Below, one piece after another: positions 55,741 to 64,000 of a stretch of DNA of 64,000 bases (the first letter of the stretch is position 1; each line of letters starts with the position of its first letter). A program made the translations under genes and the position numbers. Origin of the DNA: Eggerthellaceae bacterium (lineage in GTDB: Bacteria; Actinomycetota; Coriobacteriia; Coriobacteriales; Eggerthellaceae); assembly GCA_022644775.1 (NCBI GenBank), contig JALCHN010000005.1, forward strand, positions 5,920 to 69,919, given 5' to 3'. The notes beneath the pieces are model-generated. The model saw nothing but the letters and a program-made list of their open reading frames with translations. It ran no database searches and was not told where the DNA came from.

Positions 55741-56482
55741 CGTGCCCGGATTCTTCCGCTGCCCTTCCCCACCAGGCGGCGACCGCACGCCGCGGCACCG
55801 CGTGTGCCCCTGCGAGGTTCCCGTCGCCCTTAGACCGAGTAGGTTACTGGCCACAATGCGCGCCCGATCAGTGCAGCGTCCGGGATTCGAGCCCGATAAC
55901 ACGCCTTACGTTGCTACGGCACACGGCTCAAGGGGTCCGACCGCAGGCAGGCGCGGCTCGATGCCTGCCGCCCCGTTCCTCGCCCACGAAACGCTTGCCG
56001 CGCGCGAGATAAGGCACGCGCCCCGGAGCGCAACGCACAAGGCCTGGCACAGATGAGCCGATGTGTAGTAGATTTCGTCGTCCGCTGGCAGAGATGTGCC
56101 GATGTGTAGTATCCAATCGGGCCGGAACGCCCGAATCATACCCGTCGGCGCTGCTCACTTTTACAAAGCCCCAGGTCAGGGCCTTACATGCACAACCCGC
56201 TCGAGAGGCGTCGGTCATCGCATACTGCATAACGCCCGATTTGTGCCAGCGGACGGCGAAATATGCTACATAACGCGCGATTTGCGCCGAATCCCTATCA
56301 GATCCTTCTTATACTTTCTCTCTATTCTCGATTCAGAATTATCTCCATAGGTCGTACACAGCTTGCACGCAGACGATGTCGCCTCATACTTCGGGATGAT
56401 GTTCCGTGCATCAGGGGGTCGTATTCTCTAGCCATCGCAAGAACCGCGGTATCCACGATTCTGGGGAAAGGACCTGATTAAC

Positions 56483-57094
56483 ATGAACAACAAGCACAAG
56501 AACCTCACCATGGCATTCGCACTCGTTCTGGCTCTGGGCCTGCCGGCAGCCACGCTGACCGCCTGCGGCGGATCCTCCTCCGACACGTCGAGCTCGTCCT
56601 CGTCTTCGGCAGCCGCTCCGTCGAGCTCGTCGAGCTCGTCCACTTCCACGTCGTCCAGCTCTTCGAGCTCCACGAGCGCCAGCACCACTTCGAGCTCCTC
56701 TAGCTCCGCTGGCACCACGCGCAGCTACTCGATCGACGCTTCTTCGATCACCGAAGCCTACGCGGGCGTTTCGGAAGCCGGCGAAGCCGTCTACTGGATC
56801 TCCAATAGCGACAGCTCCCAGGTCGGCATCTTCTTCCTCGACGCCAACAACGCCGCTAACGTGAGCTTCATGGGCCCGGCCACCATGACCCAGCAGAACG
56901 GTGAGAACCTGATCACCGTTACCGACCAGGTCACCGGCAACACCCTGACCTTCGGCATCGCGAGCAACGGCGACGGCACCGTCACGATCGACATGGGCAA
57001 CGAGCTGGGCAAGGCCGTTCTGGCCCAGGCCGACGTCAGCGACACGATTGCCACGATCCAGGCCATCCAGACCTACACCGATTCCCTGGCCTAA
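56483..57094 (+). CDS. hypothetical lipoprotein with a long poly-Ser/Thr linker
   Basis: Has a signal peptide plus lipobox (LPAATLTACGG), about 55 aa of Ser-rich linker, and a roughly 125-aa globular domain with no recognised family. Confidence 0.75.
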   Translation: MNNKHKNLTMAFALVLALGLPAATLTACGGSSSDTSSSSSSSAAAPSSSSSSSTSTSSSSSSSTSASTTSSSSSSAGTTRSYSIDASSITEAYAGVSEAGEAVYWISNSDSSQVGIFFLDANNAANVSFMGPATMTQQNGENLITVTDQVTGNTLTFGIASNGDGTVTIDMGNELGKAVLAQADVSDTIATIQAIQTYTDSLA

Positions 57095-57161
57095 CCTTCA
57101 GCAAGCCCTCCGGCAGCGTTCCTTCCCTTCCAGCGCTGCCGGGGTCGGCAGAGAGTCCCTT

Positions 57162-57197
57162 GAACGAGCTCCGCTTTGGCGGGGCTCGTTCGTTTTT
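57162..57197 (+). terminator. rho-independent terminator of the lipoprotein gene
   Basis: The stem is gaacgagc-t-ccgc tttg gcgg-g-gctcgttc, followed by GTTTTT. Confidence 0.8.
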
Positions 57198-57536
57198 CGG
57201 GACATGCGGAAGCGGCCCGGTGCGACGATTCTGCGCCGGGCCGCTCCCGCATGATGCGAGACGAGGCGACCGTGCGGCTGACGGCGAGCGCTTCGTCGGA
57301 GAGCCCCGTATGAGGGGAACGGAAAGTTCGCATGCCGCCCTGGACGAGAGGGGCTGGCCGACCCGACGAAGCCCCCTGCCCCGCACCGTGCCCTCGCAGG
57401 CGACACGCCCCGCCGCGCGGCGCCCGCAGACCTTCGAGCCGGATGGGACCCTGTCGTCGGCCGCGAGCGCGCCGGCCGCTTCCCCGTGGCCGTGCAGCGC
57501 GTGCCGCCGCAACATTCCCGCACCATCGCAGACATG

Positions 57537-57571
57537 AAAAAGCCTGGCAGGAGATCCGACCCCTGCCAGGC
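57537..57571 (-). terminator. rho-independent terminator of the clostripain-family gene
   Basis: On the minus strand, gcctggcagg-N10-cctgccaggc is followed by TTTTT. Confidence 0.8.
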
Positions 57572-57594
57572 TTTCGCGCGACCCGCTGGAAGCG

Positions 57595-59757
57595 CTACTC
57601 GATATAGAGCACGTCCGTGTCTATCGCGTCGCCATAGACCGTCGTGAGCGTTCCCCAGAAATAGGTGGTCGCGTCGCCGAAGCTTTCGTAGCTCACCGGC
57701 ATGTTCGACTCCCGCATGGCAATGGGATCGCCCTGCAGGGTTTCCTGGTAGGCGCCGTTCGCGTCGTAGAAGTCGAACAGGGGCGTGATCGTGTCGCCCG
57801 CGTTCAACTGCGACAGACCGTGGCCGAACAGACCGCTGGCCGTCATGTCGTGGGCGCGCCACCCCTGCACGTAGCCTACCGTTTGGTCGCCCTGCTGGCT
57901 CATGGGCGGGTAGTACACGACCACGTCAATGCGGGTCGTCCCGTTGAGCAGGGCCGGAATAGTGCCCGAAAAGCTATATTCCCCGTCGGATTGCTCGGTG
58001 GGGGCGTCGCCGTAGAAGGCCACGCGCTCACCGCCGAGCGACGTCCACGCGCCATCGTAGTCGACGACGATGTTGTCGTCGGCCGTGGTGTCCCACACGT
58101 TGTCGGAGCCGAGCATCAGATAGCCGCCGTCGTACGCTTCCATCACGTTGACCTGGAAATCGGCGAGCGCTTCCCACAGGGTGTCGTCCATTTCGACCAC
58201 GTAGTTCGAACCGTCTTCCACCAAAGGCAGCGAGCTGGGCAGATCCTGGTAGCTGAAGTCGCTCGACAGGTCGGTGAACCAGGGCGAGTCCGCATAGGCG
58301 TCGGAAGCGTAGTCGCCGCCTGCAGCCGAATCCGCCGCCTGGTCTTCCGTCGTCGTCGCAAGCTCGTTCGACAGGGCGTCGATGAAGTCGCTCAAGCCCG
58401 ACAGATCGCCGGAGCCTTCGGAAGAGGAGCCCGACCCGCCCGAGCCGTACGCCGACGTCGAGCTGCCCATGATACTCAGGAAGTAATCGTAGAATTCCGT
58501 GGGCTTGGTGTAGGAGATCTCCTGCAGGGTGCTGCGCATGCCGTCGTAGGACGACACCTCTTCATAGGGGAAGTAGAGGGCCAGGCCGTTGGCCCCGGCG
58601 ATCCCCGATTGGGTGCGGTACTTCACGCAGCTCTGCACGGCCGCCTTGAGCTCGTCTTTGCCGGCAAAGGCCGTACGGTCGATCAAGTCGATGAGGTCGA
58701 CCTGGTCCACCTGCCCTTCGGCAAAGGCCGTCGCACGCGAGCGAGCCTGGGAAAGTTCCTGGAACTTCGCGTTGTCGGCGCTGATGGCGTTTTGCGCCTG
58801 GGCAAGAAAGCTGCCCAGGTTCTCGTAGACGCTGGGCACTTCGCGCAGGTCCACAAGCGACAGCGTCACGTCGGTTTCGCCCTGGGAGGCGTAATGGTCG
58901 ATGAAGTCGTCGATGGCCCGCATGCCGATATCGACCGACGGCGCCGCCGGGTTGGCCTCGAGCGCCGAGAGGAAACCGGTCCACGACCAGCCCTGACCCG
59001 GTTCGAGCTCTTCGGACGCGAGCAGGTAGTCGGCGCAGGGCTCGAGCGCGTACGCCGTTTCGATCGTGCCCATAAGGCAGGCGTCGAAGCCCACGATGTC
59101 GAACTTCTGCCCCGTGGCTTCGAGCGACGAGCGAATGTCGGCCAGAGACAGGGCCGATGCGTCAGGATAGAGCTCGTCGTAGCCGAAGCCGCCGACCGTG
59201 CCGCCGCCATGGTCCCAGAAGAAGAGCAGGTAGCGGTCAGCCGGATAGGCGCCGGTGGCCCAGTCCACGAAATCGGTCACTTCGCCCGTATCGAGCATCG
59301 TGCCGGCGCCGGTGTCGCCCAGCAGCTGCACGTCGCCGTTGGACACGAGCCAGCGCTGGCGCGTGGTGGTCGAAGCCTCGCGCGAGAAGGACCAGTCGCT
59401 CGACCCGCCCGTTTCGACGACCAGGTTGACGTTGGTGCCCACCGTCGAGGCCGCCATCTCCTCGATGTCGGCGCTGGCGACGCCCGCCTGCGATTCCAAA
59501 TCGGAACCCACCATGTAGACCATGACCGTGGCGTTCTTGGCGTTGGCCGTGTCGGTGTAGTAGCTGCGCATGCCGGCCGTCGACGCGTTGGTGCCGGACA
59601 CGCCGCCCATGGTCACGTCTTCGTCGTCGAGCAAACCGCACGACGCCACGCCGGCCATGCTTGCGATAAGCGCCCCAGCAAAAAGCGCACGGAGCAGGGC
59701 CCCGTGCGCTTTGTCGCCGGCAGACGCATGGATACGATGTGCGAGTGCGAATCCCAT
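57595..59757 (-). CDS. clostripain-family cysteine peptidase (C11), probable lipoprotein, with a large C-terminal extension
   Basis: 720 aa. Has a lipobox-like VASC, the C11 His region YLLFFWDHGGG and the catalytic-Cys region DIVGFDACLMGTIE. The C-terminal ~300 aa are not assignable. Confidence 0.85.
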   Translation of the reverse strand: MGFALAHRIHASAGDKAHGALLRALFAGALIASMAGVASCGLLDDEDVTMGGVSGTNASTAGMRSYYTDTANAKNATVMVYMVGSDLESQAGVASADIEEMAASTVGTNVNLVVETGGSSDWSFSREASTTTRQRWLVSNGDVQLLGDTGAGTMLDTGEVTDFVDWATGAYPADRYLLFFWDHGGGTVGGFGYDELYPDASALSLADIRSSLEATGQKFDIVGFDACLMGTIETAYALEPCADYLLASEELEPGQGWSWTGFLSALEANPAAPSVDIGMRAIDDFIDHYASQGETDVTLSLVDLREVPSVYENLGSFLAQAQNAISADNAKFQELSQARSRATAFAEGQVDQVDLIDLIDRTAFAGKDELKAAVQSCVKYRTQSGIAGANGLALYFPYEEVSSYDGMRSTLQEISYTKPTEFYDYFLSIMGSSTSAYGSGGSGSSSEGSGDLSGLSDFIDALSNELATTTEDQAADSAAGGDYASDAYADSPWFTDLSSDFSYQDLPSSLPLVEDGSNYVVEMDDTLWEALADFQVNVMEAYDGGYLMLGSDNVWDTTADDNIVVDYDGAWTSLGGERVAFYGDAPTEQSDGEYSFSGTIPALLNGTTRIDVVVYYPPMSQQGDQTVGYVQGWRAHDMTASGLFGHGLSQLNAGDTITPLFDFYDANGAYQETLQGDPIAMRESNMPVSYESFGDATTYFWGTLTTVYGDAIDTDVLYIE

Positions 59758-59783
59758 GGCTGCCTCTTTTCTCGAACGAGGCG

Positions 59784-59975
59784 CTACGCCGCTTCCTTGC
59801 GCAGCTGGTAGGCGCCGTACAGGTACAGGGCCGGCACGACCAGGCCGACAATGCCGTTGACGACCTGGCCGGCATCGCCGGAGCTAAACGAGCTGAACAG
59901 GGTGAACAGACCGCCCAGGGTGGTGATGATGCCGATGACGCCCCAGACGATCATGATGATCGAGGCGATACGCAA
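59784..59975 (-). CDS. small two-TM membrane protein
   Basis: 63 aa with two clear hydrophobic helices. It lies 26 nt upstream of, and co-directional with, the C11 peptidase. The start is TTG with no obvious Shine-Dalgarno sequence, hence only moderate confidence. Confidence 0.5.
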   Translation of the reverse strand: MRIASIIMIVWGVIGIITTLGGLFTLFSSFSSGDAGQVVNGIVGLVVPALYLYGAYQLRKEAA

Positions 59976-60119
59976 GATTGCGGCGTTGGATTATTTGGAA
60001 TAGGAGGGCATTGGGGAACCTTCTTTCTCTCTTTTCGTTTCTCCCTTACGCGTTTGCTGTGCTCTCATCCTACGAAATTGAGACCCGTTCGCCGTCATTC
60101 CAAAGGATGAGGCTCGATC

Positions 60120-60175
60120 CCGACAAACCGTCAGGATCGAAACCTGACAAATACTCTGACGGTTTGTCAGGTTTT
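60120..60175 (+). promoter_or_regulatory. nested palindromes upstream of the luxR-type gene (operator or attenuator-like leader)
   Basis: A 13-bp perfect inverted repeat is present (GACAAACCGTCAG ... CTGACGGTTTGTC). An overlapping 11-bp perfect inverted repeat is also present (AACCTGACAAA-N12-TTTGTCAGGTT), followed by TTTT. Confidence 0.55.
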
Positions 60176-60195
60176 CGTACTACCCCAACTTCCTC

Positions 60196-60408
60196 ATGAG
60201 CGCGCCCGACACGGTGGAGGCCCTGACCGACACCGAAATGCAGGTGCTGCGCCTCCTGTGCAAAAACAAGAGCAACAACGAGATCTGCGAGATCCTGGGC
60301 GTGAAGCTGCCCACGGTGAAGACCCACGTGAGCCACATACTCACGAAGCTGGGCGTGAACCGCCGCTCGCAAGCCGCCGAACGCGCCCGCTCCCTGCATC
60401 TGGTGTAG
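60196..60408 (+). CDS. LuxR/GerE-type helix-turn-helix protein, DNA-binding domain only
   Basis: 70 aa with LTDTEMQVLRLLCKNKSNNEICEILGVKLPTVKTHVSHILTKLGV, a full GerE-type HTH. There is no receiver or sensor domain. Confidence 0.8.
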   Translation: MSAPDTVEALTDTEMQVLRLLCKNKSNNEICEILGVKLPTVKTHVSHILTKLGVNRRSQAAERARSLHLV

Positions 60409-60483
60409 GCCGCCCGCGCGCGAAAACGGGGCGCCCGCCGCAATGGCAAGCGCCCCGTTAATGCGTTTCGATGTCTCGAGGCG

Positions 60484-61416
60484 CTAGGCCTTGAGCAGCG
60501 GCGCGGCGACCTGTTTCTTACGCGACATGATGCCGTCGATCCACACGGCGGCAGACGAATCGATGCCGAAAACCTGGTCGACCACGGCGTGGTTGCCCTC
60601 GACGAGGAAGTAGGAGCCCTCGTTCAGGATGTCGGTCACGAGCACGAGCACGAAGTCGTAGCCCTTATCGGCGGCGAGCTTGCGCATCTGCTCGCGCGCT
60701 TCTTCCTCGCGCTTCATGGCGCCGTCGATGTCGACGGTTTCGTGCTGGGCGATGAGAACCGTCTTGCCGCAGACTTCGAATTCCTTGGCGTCGGCGCCCA
60801 CGTACTTCTCGATCGGCAGGTCGGCTTCGGCGCCGCGGCAGTTGAAGAGGGCCTGGCCGAACGCCACGTGCTCTTTGCCCGTGATGCCTTCGAGGAAGGC
60901 GATCTGCTCTTCGTCGACCTTGGTCGCGGTGGGCGATTTCAGGATGACGGTGTCAGTGAGGATGGCGCCAAGCAGCATGTTGGCGATGCTTTCGGGAATC
61001 TCGATACCGTGCTGGCGGCACAGGGCGGTGACGACCGTGGCCGAAGAGCCCCAAGGGCGCACGGTCATGTAGATCGGGGAGGCGGTGGTCACGTCGCCGA
61101 TGCGATGATGGTCGACGATGCCCACGACTTCGGCGTCGGCAAGGCCGTCGACGGCCTGCTTGAGCTCGTTGTGGTCGACGAGGATGACCTTCTGGCCGGC
61201 TTCGACGTGATCGATCAGCTCGGGCTGTTCGATGCCGTTTTCGGCCAGGTTCCATTCGGTTTCCGGCGGAAGGCCGCCCAGGCGCACGGCCCTGTATTCC
61301 ACGTCCCTACCCTGGCGCTTGGCCAGTTCGTTCTCGAAGAAAGCCAGGCCCACCGCAGCGGAAATGGCGTCGTTGTCGGGGTTCTTATGCCCTACCACGA
61401 TTACTTGTTCTGCCAT
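60484..61416 (-). CDS. ppaC: manganese-dependent inorganic pyrophosphatase (family II, DHH/DHHA2)
   Basis: Starts at the ATG at 61416 (MAEQVIVVGHKNPDNDAISA) and has the DHH motif (VDHHRIGD). The upstream 240 aa of track ORF 60484..62136 are antisense to pcrA. Confidence 0.9.
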   Translation of the reverse strand: MAEQVIVVGHKNPDNDAISAAVGLAFFENELAKRQGRDVEYRAVRLGGLPPETEWNLAENGIEQPELIDHVEAGQKVILVDHNELKQAVDGLADAEVVGIVDHHRIGDVTTASPIYMTVRPWGSSATVVTALCRQHGIEIPESIANMLLGAILTDTVILKSPTATKVDEEQIAFLEGITGKEHVAFGQALFNCRGAEADLPIEKYVGADAKEFEVCGKTVLIAQHETVDIDGAMKREEEAREQMRKLAADKGYDFVLVLVTDILNEGSYFLVEGNHAVVDQVFGIDSSAAVWIDGIMSRKKQVAAPLLKA

Positions 61417-61469
61417 GAATGCATATCCTTCCTTGGTTGCGCCGCACATCGACCGTCGAGAGCGGCTAT

Positions 61470-63869
61470 CTAATTGATTTTGACAATCGGGGCGTAGTCT
61501 TTCAACAGTTTTTTGGTCGAGCCGGTTTTGGCGAAGCGGATCGACAGGGTGTCGCCGTCGACCTTGAGCACCTTGCCGCGACCGAAGACCTTGTGCACGA
61601 CCGTGTCGCCCACCGTGAAGCTCACGTCGGCGGCGGCGCTTGGCTGCGGGGCGGCCGGGGCCGCGGGGCGCGTCGTGCGGCGGCGCGAGCCCGAAGCGCT
61701 CGACTGGCCGAACACGCGGCCGTGGCCGGCTTCGGTGCCGCTGCCGGAAATGCCCTTGCGGCTTCCGCGCTTTTCCCAGCCGGTGCCCGAAAAGCCCGCC
61801 GATCCCAGGCCGCTCGTGCGGCGCAGGCTGTCGGGGATCTCGTGCAGGAAGCGCGACACCGGGTTGGCCTGGGTCTGGCCGAAGAGCTTGCGGGACGCGG
61901 CGCAGGTGAGGTAGAGGCGCTTGCGGGCGCGCGTGATGGCCACGTAGGCCAGGCGGCGCTCCTCTTCGATGCCGCTCGCTTCGGAGATGCTGATCACGTG
62001 CGGGAAGATCGTCTCTTCCATGCCGGCCACGAACACGACGTCGAATTCCAGGCCCTTGGCGGCGTGCACGGTCATGAGGGTGACCGCCGCGTCGTTTTCG
62101 TTGACCGTGTCGAGGTCGGTGCGCAGGGTGACCCATTCGATGAAGTCGGCCAGGCTGTTACCCGAAAGCACGCGCACGGGCGGCTCTTCGCCGGCCGGCG
62201 CGTCGCCTTCGGCCAAGGCCTCCTCCCCCGCCGCGAGCGAGGCGGCCGCGGCGTCGGTCATGTCGGCCTCGCCCGCCACCGGGGCGGCGAACTGGGCATC
62301 GTCGACGTCGTGGGTCTGGGCGTACTCGTCGACGACGCCCAGGAATTCCTTGATGTTCTCGACGCGGGCGCGGGCTTCGTCGGTGCCCTCGTTTTCGAGC
62401 GCGCGCACCAGGCCGCTCTTATCGATGATCATTTCGACCATGCGGCGCAGCTCGCCTTCCCACATCGACGCTTCGATGATAAGGCTCGTGAACTCGCCCA
62501 AGGCCCGGCGGGTAGCCGCGCGGATGTCGGGGTCGACCGTGGCCAGCTGGCAGGCTTCCAGGAAGGTGCAGCCGTTCTGGACGGCAAGGGCGTCGATGCG
62601 CTCGATCGTGGTCTTGCCGACGCCGCGGCGCGGGACGTTGATCACGCGCTTGGCGGCGATGTCGTCGTTGGGGTTCACCGCCAGGGTGAGGTAGGCCATG
62701 ACGTCGCGGATTTCGGCGCGGTCGAAGAAGCGCGTGCCGCCCACGATGCGGTAGGGCACGCCGGCGCGCAGGAGCATATCTTCGAGCATGCGCGACTGGG
62801 CGTTGGTGCGGTAGAAGACGGCGATCTGGTTGTAGCTCGTGCCGTGGGCGTGCTGGCGGTCGATCTCCCCGGCAATCCAGCGGCCCTCGTCGCGTTCGTC
62901 GCTGGCCATGTAGACCTGAATCTTGTCGCCTTCGGCACCCGTGGCCACGAGCTTCTTGTCGGTGCGGTGGGAGTTGTGGGCGATCACGGCGTTGGCCGCC
63001 GCGAGGATCGTGCCGGTCGAGCGGTAGTTCTTCTCGAGCTTGACCGTGTGGGCGCGCGGGTAGTCCTTCTCGAAGTCGAGGATGTTGCGGATGTCGGCGC
63101 CGCGCCAGCTGTAGATCGACTGGTCGTCGTCGCCCACGACCATGATGTTGCCGTACTTCTTGGCGAGCAGCTGGGTGATCGCGTACTGGGCATGGTTGGT
63201 GTCCTGGTATTCGTCGACCAGAAGGTAACGGAAGCGCTCCTGGTAGGCCTCGAGGACGTCGGGGTGGTTCTTCAGCAGGAGCCAGGCGTAGACGAGCAGG
63301 TCGTCGAAGTCGAAGGCGTTGGCCTGCTTCAGGCGCTTCTGCAGCTCCTCGTAGACGCGGGCGGCGACCTTGGCGATGGGGTCGTTGGCCTGGCTGGCGA
63401 AGTCGCCCGGCATGATGAGCTCGTTTTTGGCCGTGGAGATGCGGTTGCGGATGGCGTTGATCGGGAAGCGCTTGGGGTCGATGTCCATGCCGGCCATGAT
63501 GTCCTTCACCAGGCGCTTGCTGTCGTCGTCGGCGTAGATCGTGAAGCTCTTCGAGAAGCCGAGCTTTTCGGCGTCGGCGCGCAGCATGCGCACGCACATG
63601 CTATGGAAGGTGGACACCCACATGCCGCGGCTCGAATGCCCCACGAGCTTGCCAAGGCGCTCGCGCATTTCGGCGGCCGCCTTGTTGGTGAAGGTGATGG
63701 CGAGGATTTCCCACGGGGCGACGCCGAGGTCTTCGATCATGTGGGCGATGCGGTAGGTGAGCACGCGCGTCTTGCCCGAGCCGGCGCCCGCCAGCACGAG
63801 CAGGGGGCCTTCCGTGCAGAGCACCGCCTCGCGCTGCTCGTCATTCAACGTATCCAAATCGATTGCCAT
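61470..63869 (-). CDS. pcrA: ATP-dependent DNA helicase PcrA/UvrD (SF1)
   Basis: 799 aa. Begins LNDEQREAVL..GPLLVLAGAGSGKTRVL, contains DEYQDTN, and has the C-terminal Tudor-like tail VGDTVVHKVFGRGKVL. Confidence 0.93.
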   Translation of the reverse strand: MAIDLDTLNDEQREAVLCTEGPLLVLAGAGSGKTRVLTYRIAHMIEDLGVAPWEILAITFTNKAAAEMRERLGKLVGHSSRGMWVSTFHSMCVRMLRADAEKLGFSKSFTIYADDDSKRLVKDIMAGMDIDPKRFPINAIRNRISTAKNELIMPGDFASQANDPIAKVAARVYEELQKRLKQANAFDFDDLLVYAWLLLKNHPDVLEAYQERFRYLLVDEYQDTNHAQYAITQLLAKKYGNIMVVGDDDQSIYSWRGADIRNILDFEKDYPRAHTVKLEKNYRSTGTILAAANAVIAHNSHRTDKKLVATGAEGDKIQVYMASDERDEGRWIAGEIDRQHAHGTSYNQIAVFYRTNAQSRMLEDMLLRAGVPYRIVGGTRFFDRAEIRDVMAYLTLAVNPNDDIAAKRVINVPRRGVGKTTIERIDALAVQNGCTFLEACQLATVDPDIRAATRRALGEFTSLIIEASMWEGELRRMVEMIIDKSGLVRALENEGTDEARARVENIKEFLGVVDEYAQTHDVDDAQFAAPVAGEADMTDAAAASLAAGEEALAEGDAPAGEEPPVRVLSGNSLADFIEWVTLRTDLDTVNENDAAVTLMTVHAAKGLEFDVVFVAGMEETIFPHVISISEASGIEEERRLAYVAITRARKRLYLTCAASRKLFGQTQANPVSRFLHEIPDSLRRTSGLGSAGFSGTGWEKRGSRKGISGSGTEAGHGRVFGQSSASGSRRRTTRPAAPAAPQPSAAADVSFTVGDTVVHKVFGRGKVLKVDGDTLSIRFAKTGSTKKLLKDYAPIVKIN

Positions 63870-64000
63870 ATTCGCCTCTCAGAGTGTGGGGACCCGCGCC
63901 TTCATACGAAGGAGCATCGTAGCGCAGGCAAACGGTGAGCTTGCGGGCGCCGGCGCGAATGCGGGGAATCAACAATCGCATGGGGCGGCGTGTCAGGGGG

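Noticed and set aside
55870-55905. A tRNA-like T-arm (minus strand TCGGG-CTCGAAT-CCCGG) in the spacer after rpmB. It could be a tRNA gene or an integrase att remnant.
   Set aside because: I could find no complementary acceptor stem, D-arm or anticodon arm on either strand. A single T-arm-like hairpin is not sufficient. It could still be a fragment, but I cannot support that.
56051-56290. A possible CRISPR-like array, suggested by short repeats at regular 41-nt spacing.
   Set aside because: There are only two copies of each of two different repeats. There is no longer array, no palindromic CRISPR-type repeat and no cas genes in the window.

Overview
This is a visibly GC-rich bacterial chromosome segment in which almost every real gene lies on the minus strand. 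The many long plus-strand ORFs in the track are Arg/Gly/Ala/His-rich antisense shadows, not genes. Gene content (Cgr-like flavin reductase plus cytochrome pair, LuxR solo, Firmicutes-like core synteny at high GC) suggests a Coriobacteriia/Eggerthellaceae-like organism; that placement is inference only.

Layout:
- 1-5.7 kb: cell-envelope genes (WecA-like fragment, two membrane proteins, a polytopic membrane protein, a glucosaminidase).
- 5.9-17.1 kb: a single co-directional tetrapyrrole operon. It encodes the whole route from Glu-tRNA to siroheme (hemA, hemL, hemB, hemC, cobA-hemD, sirC) plus the siroheme-dependent Ahb enzymes. One of these is an AhbD-AhbA-AhbB triple fusion. The operon ends in a deviant tRNA-Glu(CUC) and a strong terminator.
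- 17.3-29.7 kb: an accessory mix. It holds an orphan solute-binding protein, comF, a processive GT2 synthase, a glutaredoxin, tRNA-Gly and tRNA-Pro, rdgB, an iron-sulfur flavoprotein, a TAT-exported FAD reductase with a multihaem cytochrome, tmRNA, an alanine symporter and a flavodoxin.
- 29.9-55.7 kb: conserved housekeeping genes (ppdK plus regulator, glyQS, lepB, trmD, rimM, rpsP, ffh, ftsY, smc, rnc, plsX, rpmF, yceD, coaD, rsmD, recG, DAK2/Asp23, rpmB).
- 55.7-64 kb: a low-GC repeat-bearing spacer, a Ser-rich lipoprotein, a clostripain-family protease, a LuxR HTH solo with a palindromic leader, a family II pyrophosphatase and pcrA.

Most interesting findings:
- the haem-operon tRNA-Glu with G33 and a C2-A71 mismatch;
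- the fused Ahb enzyme with a His-rich N-terminus;
- a dispersed ~155-nt conserved element enclosed by sequence-divergent but self-complementary arms.
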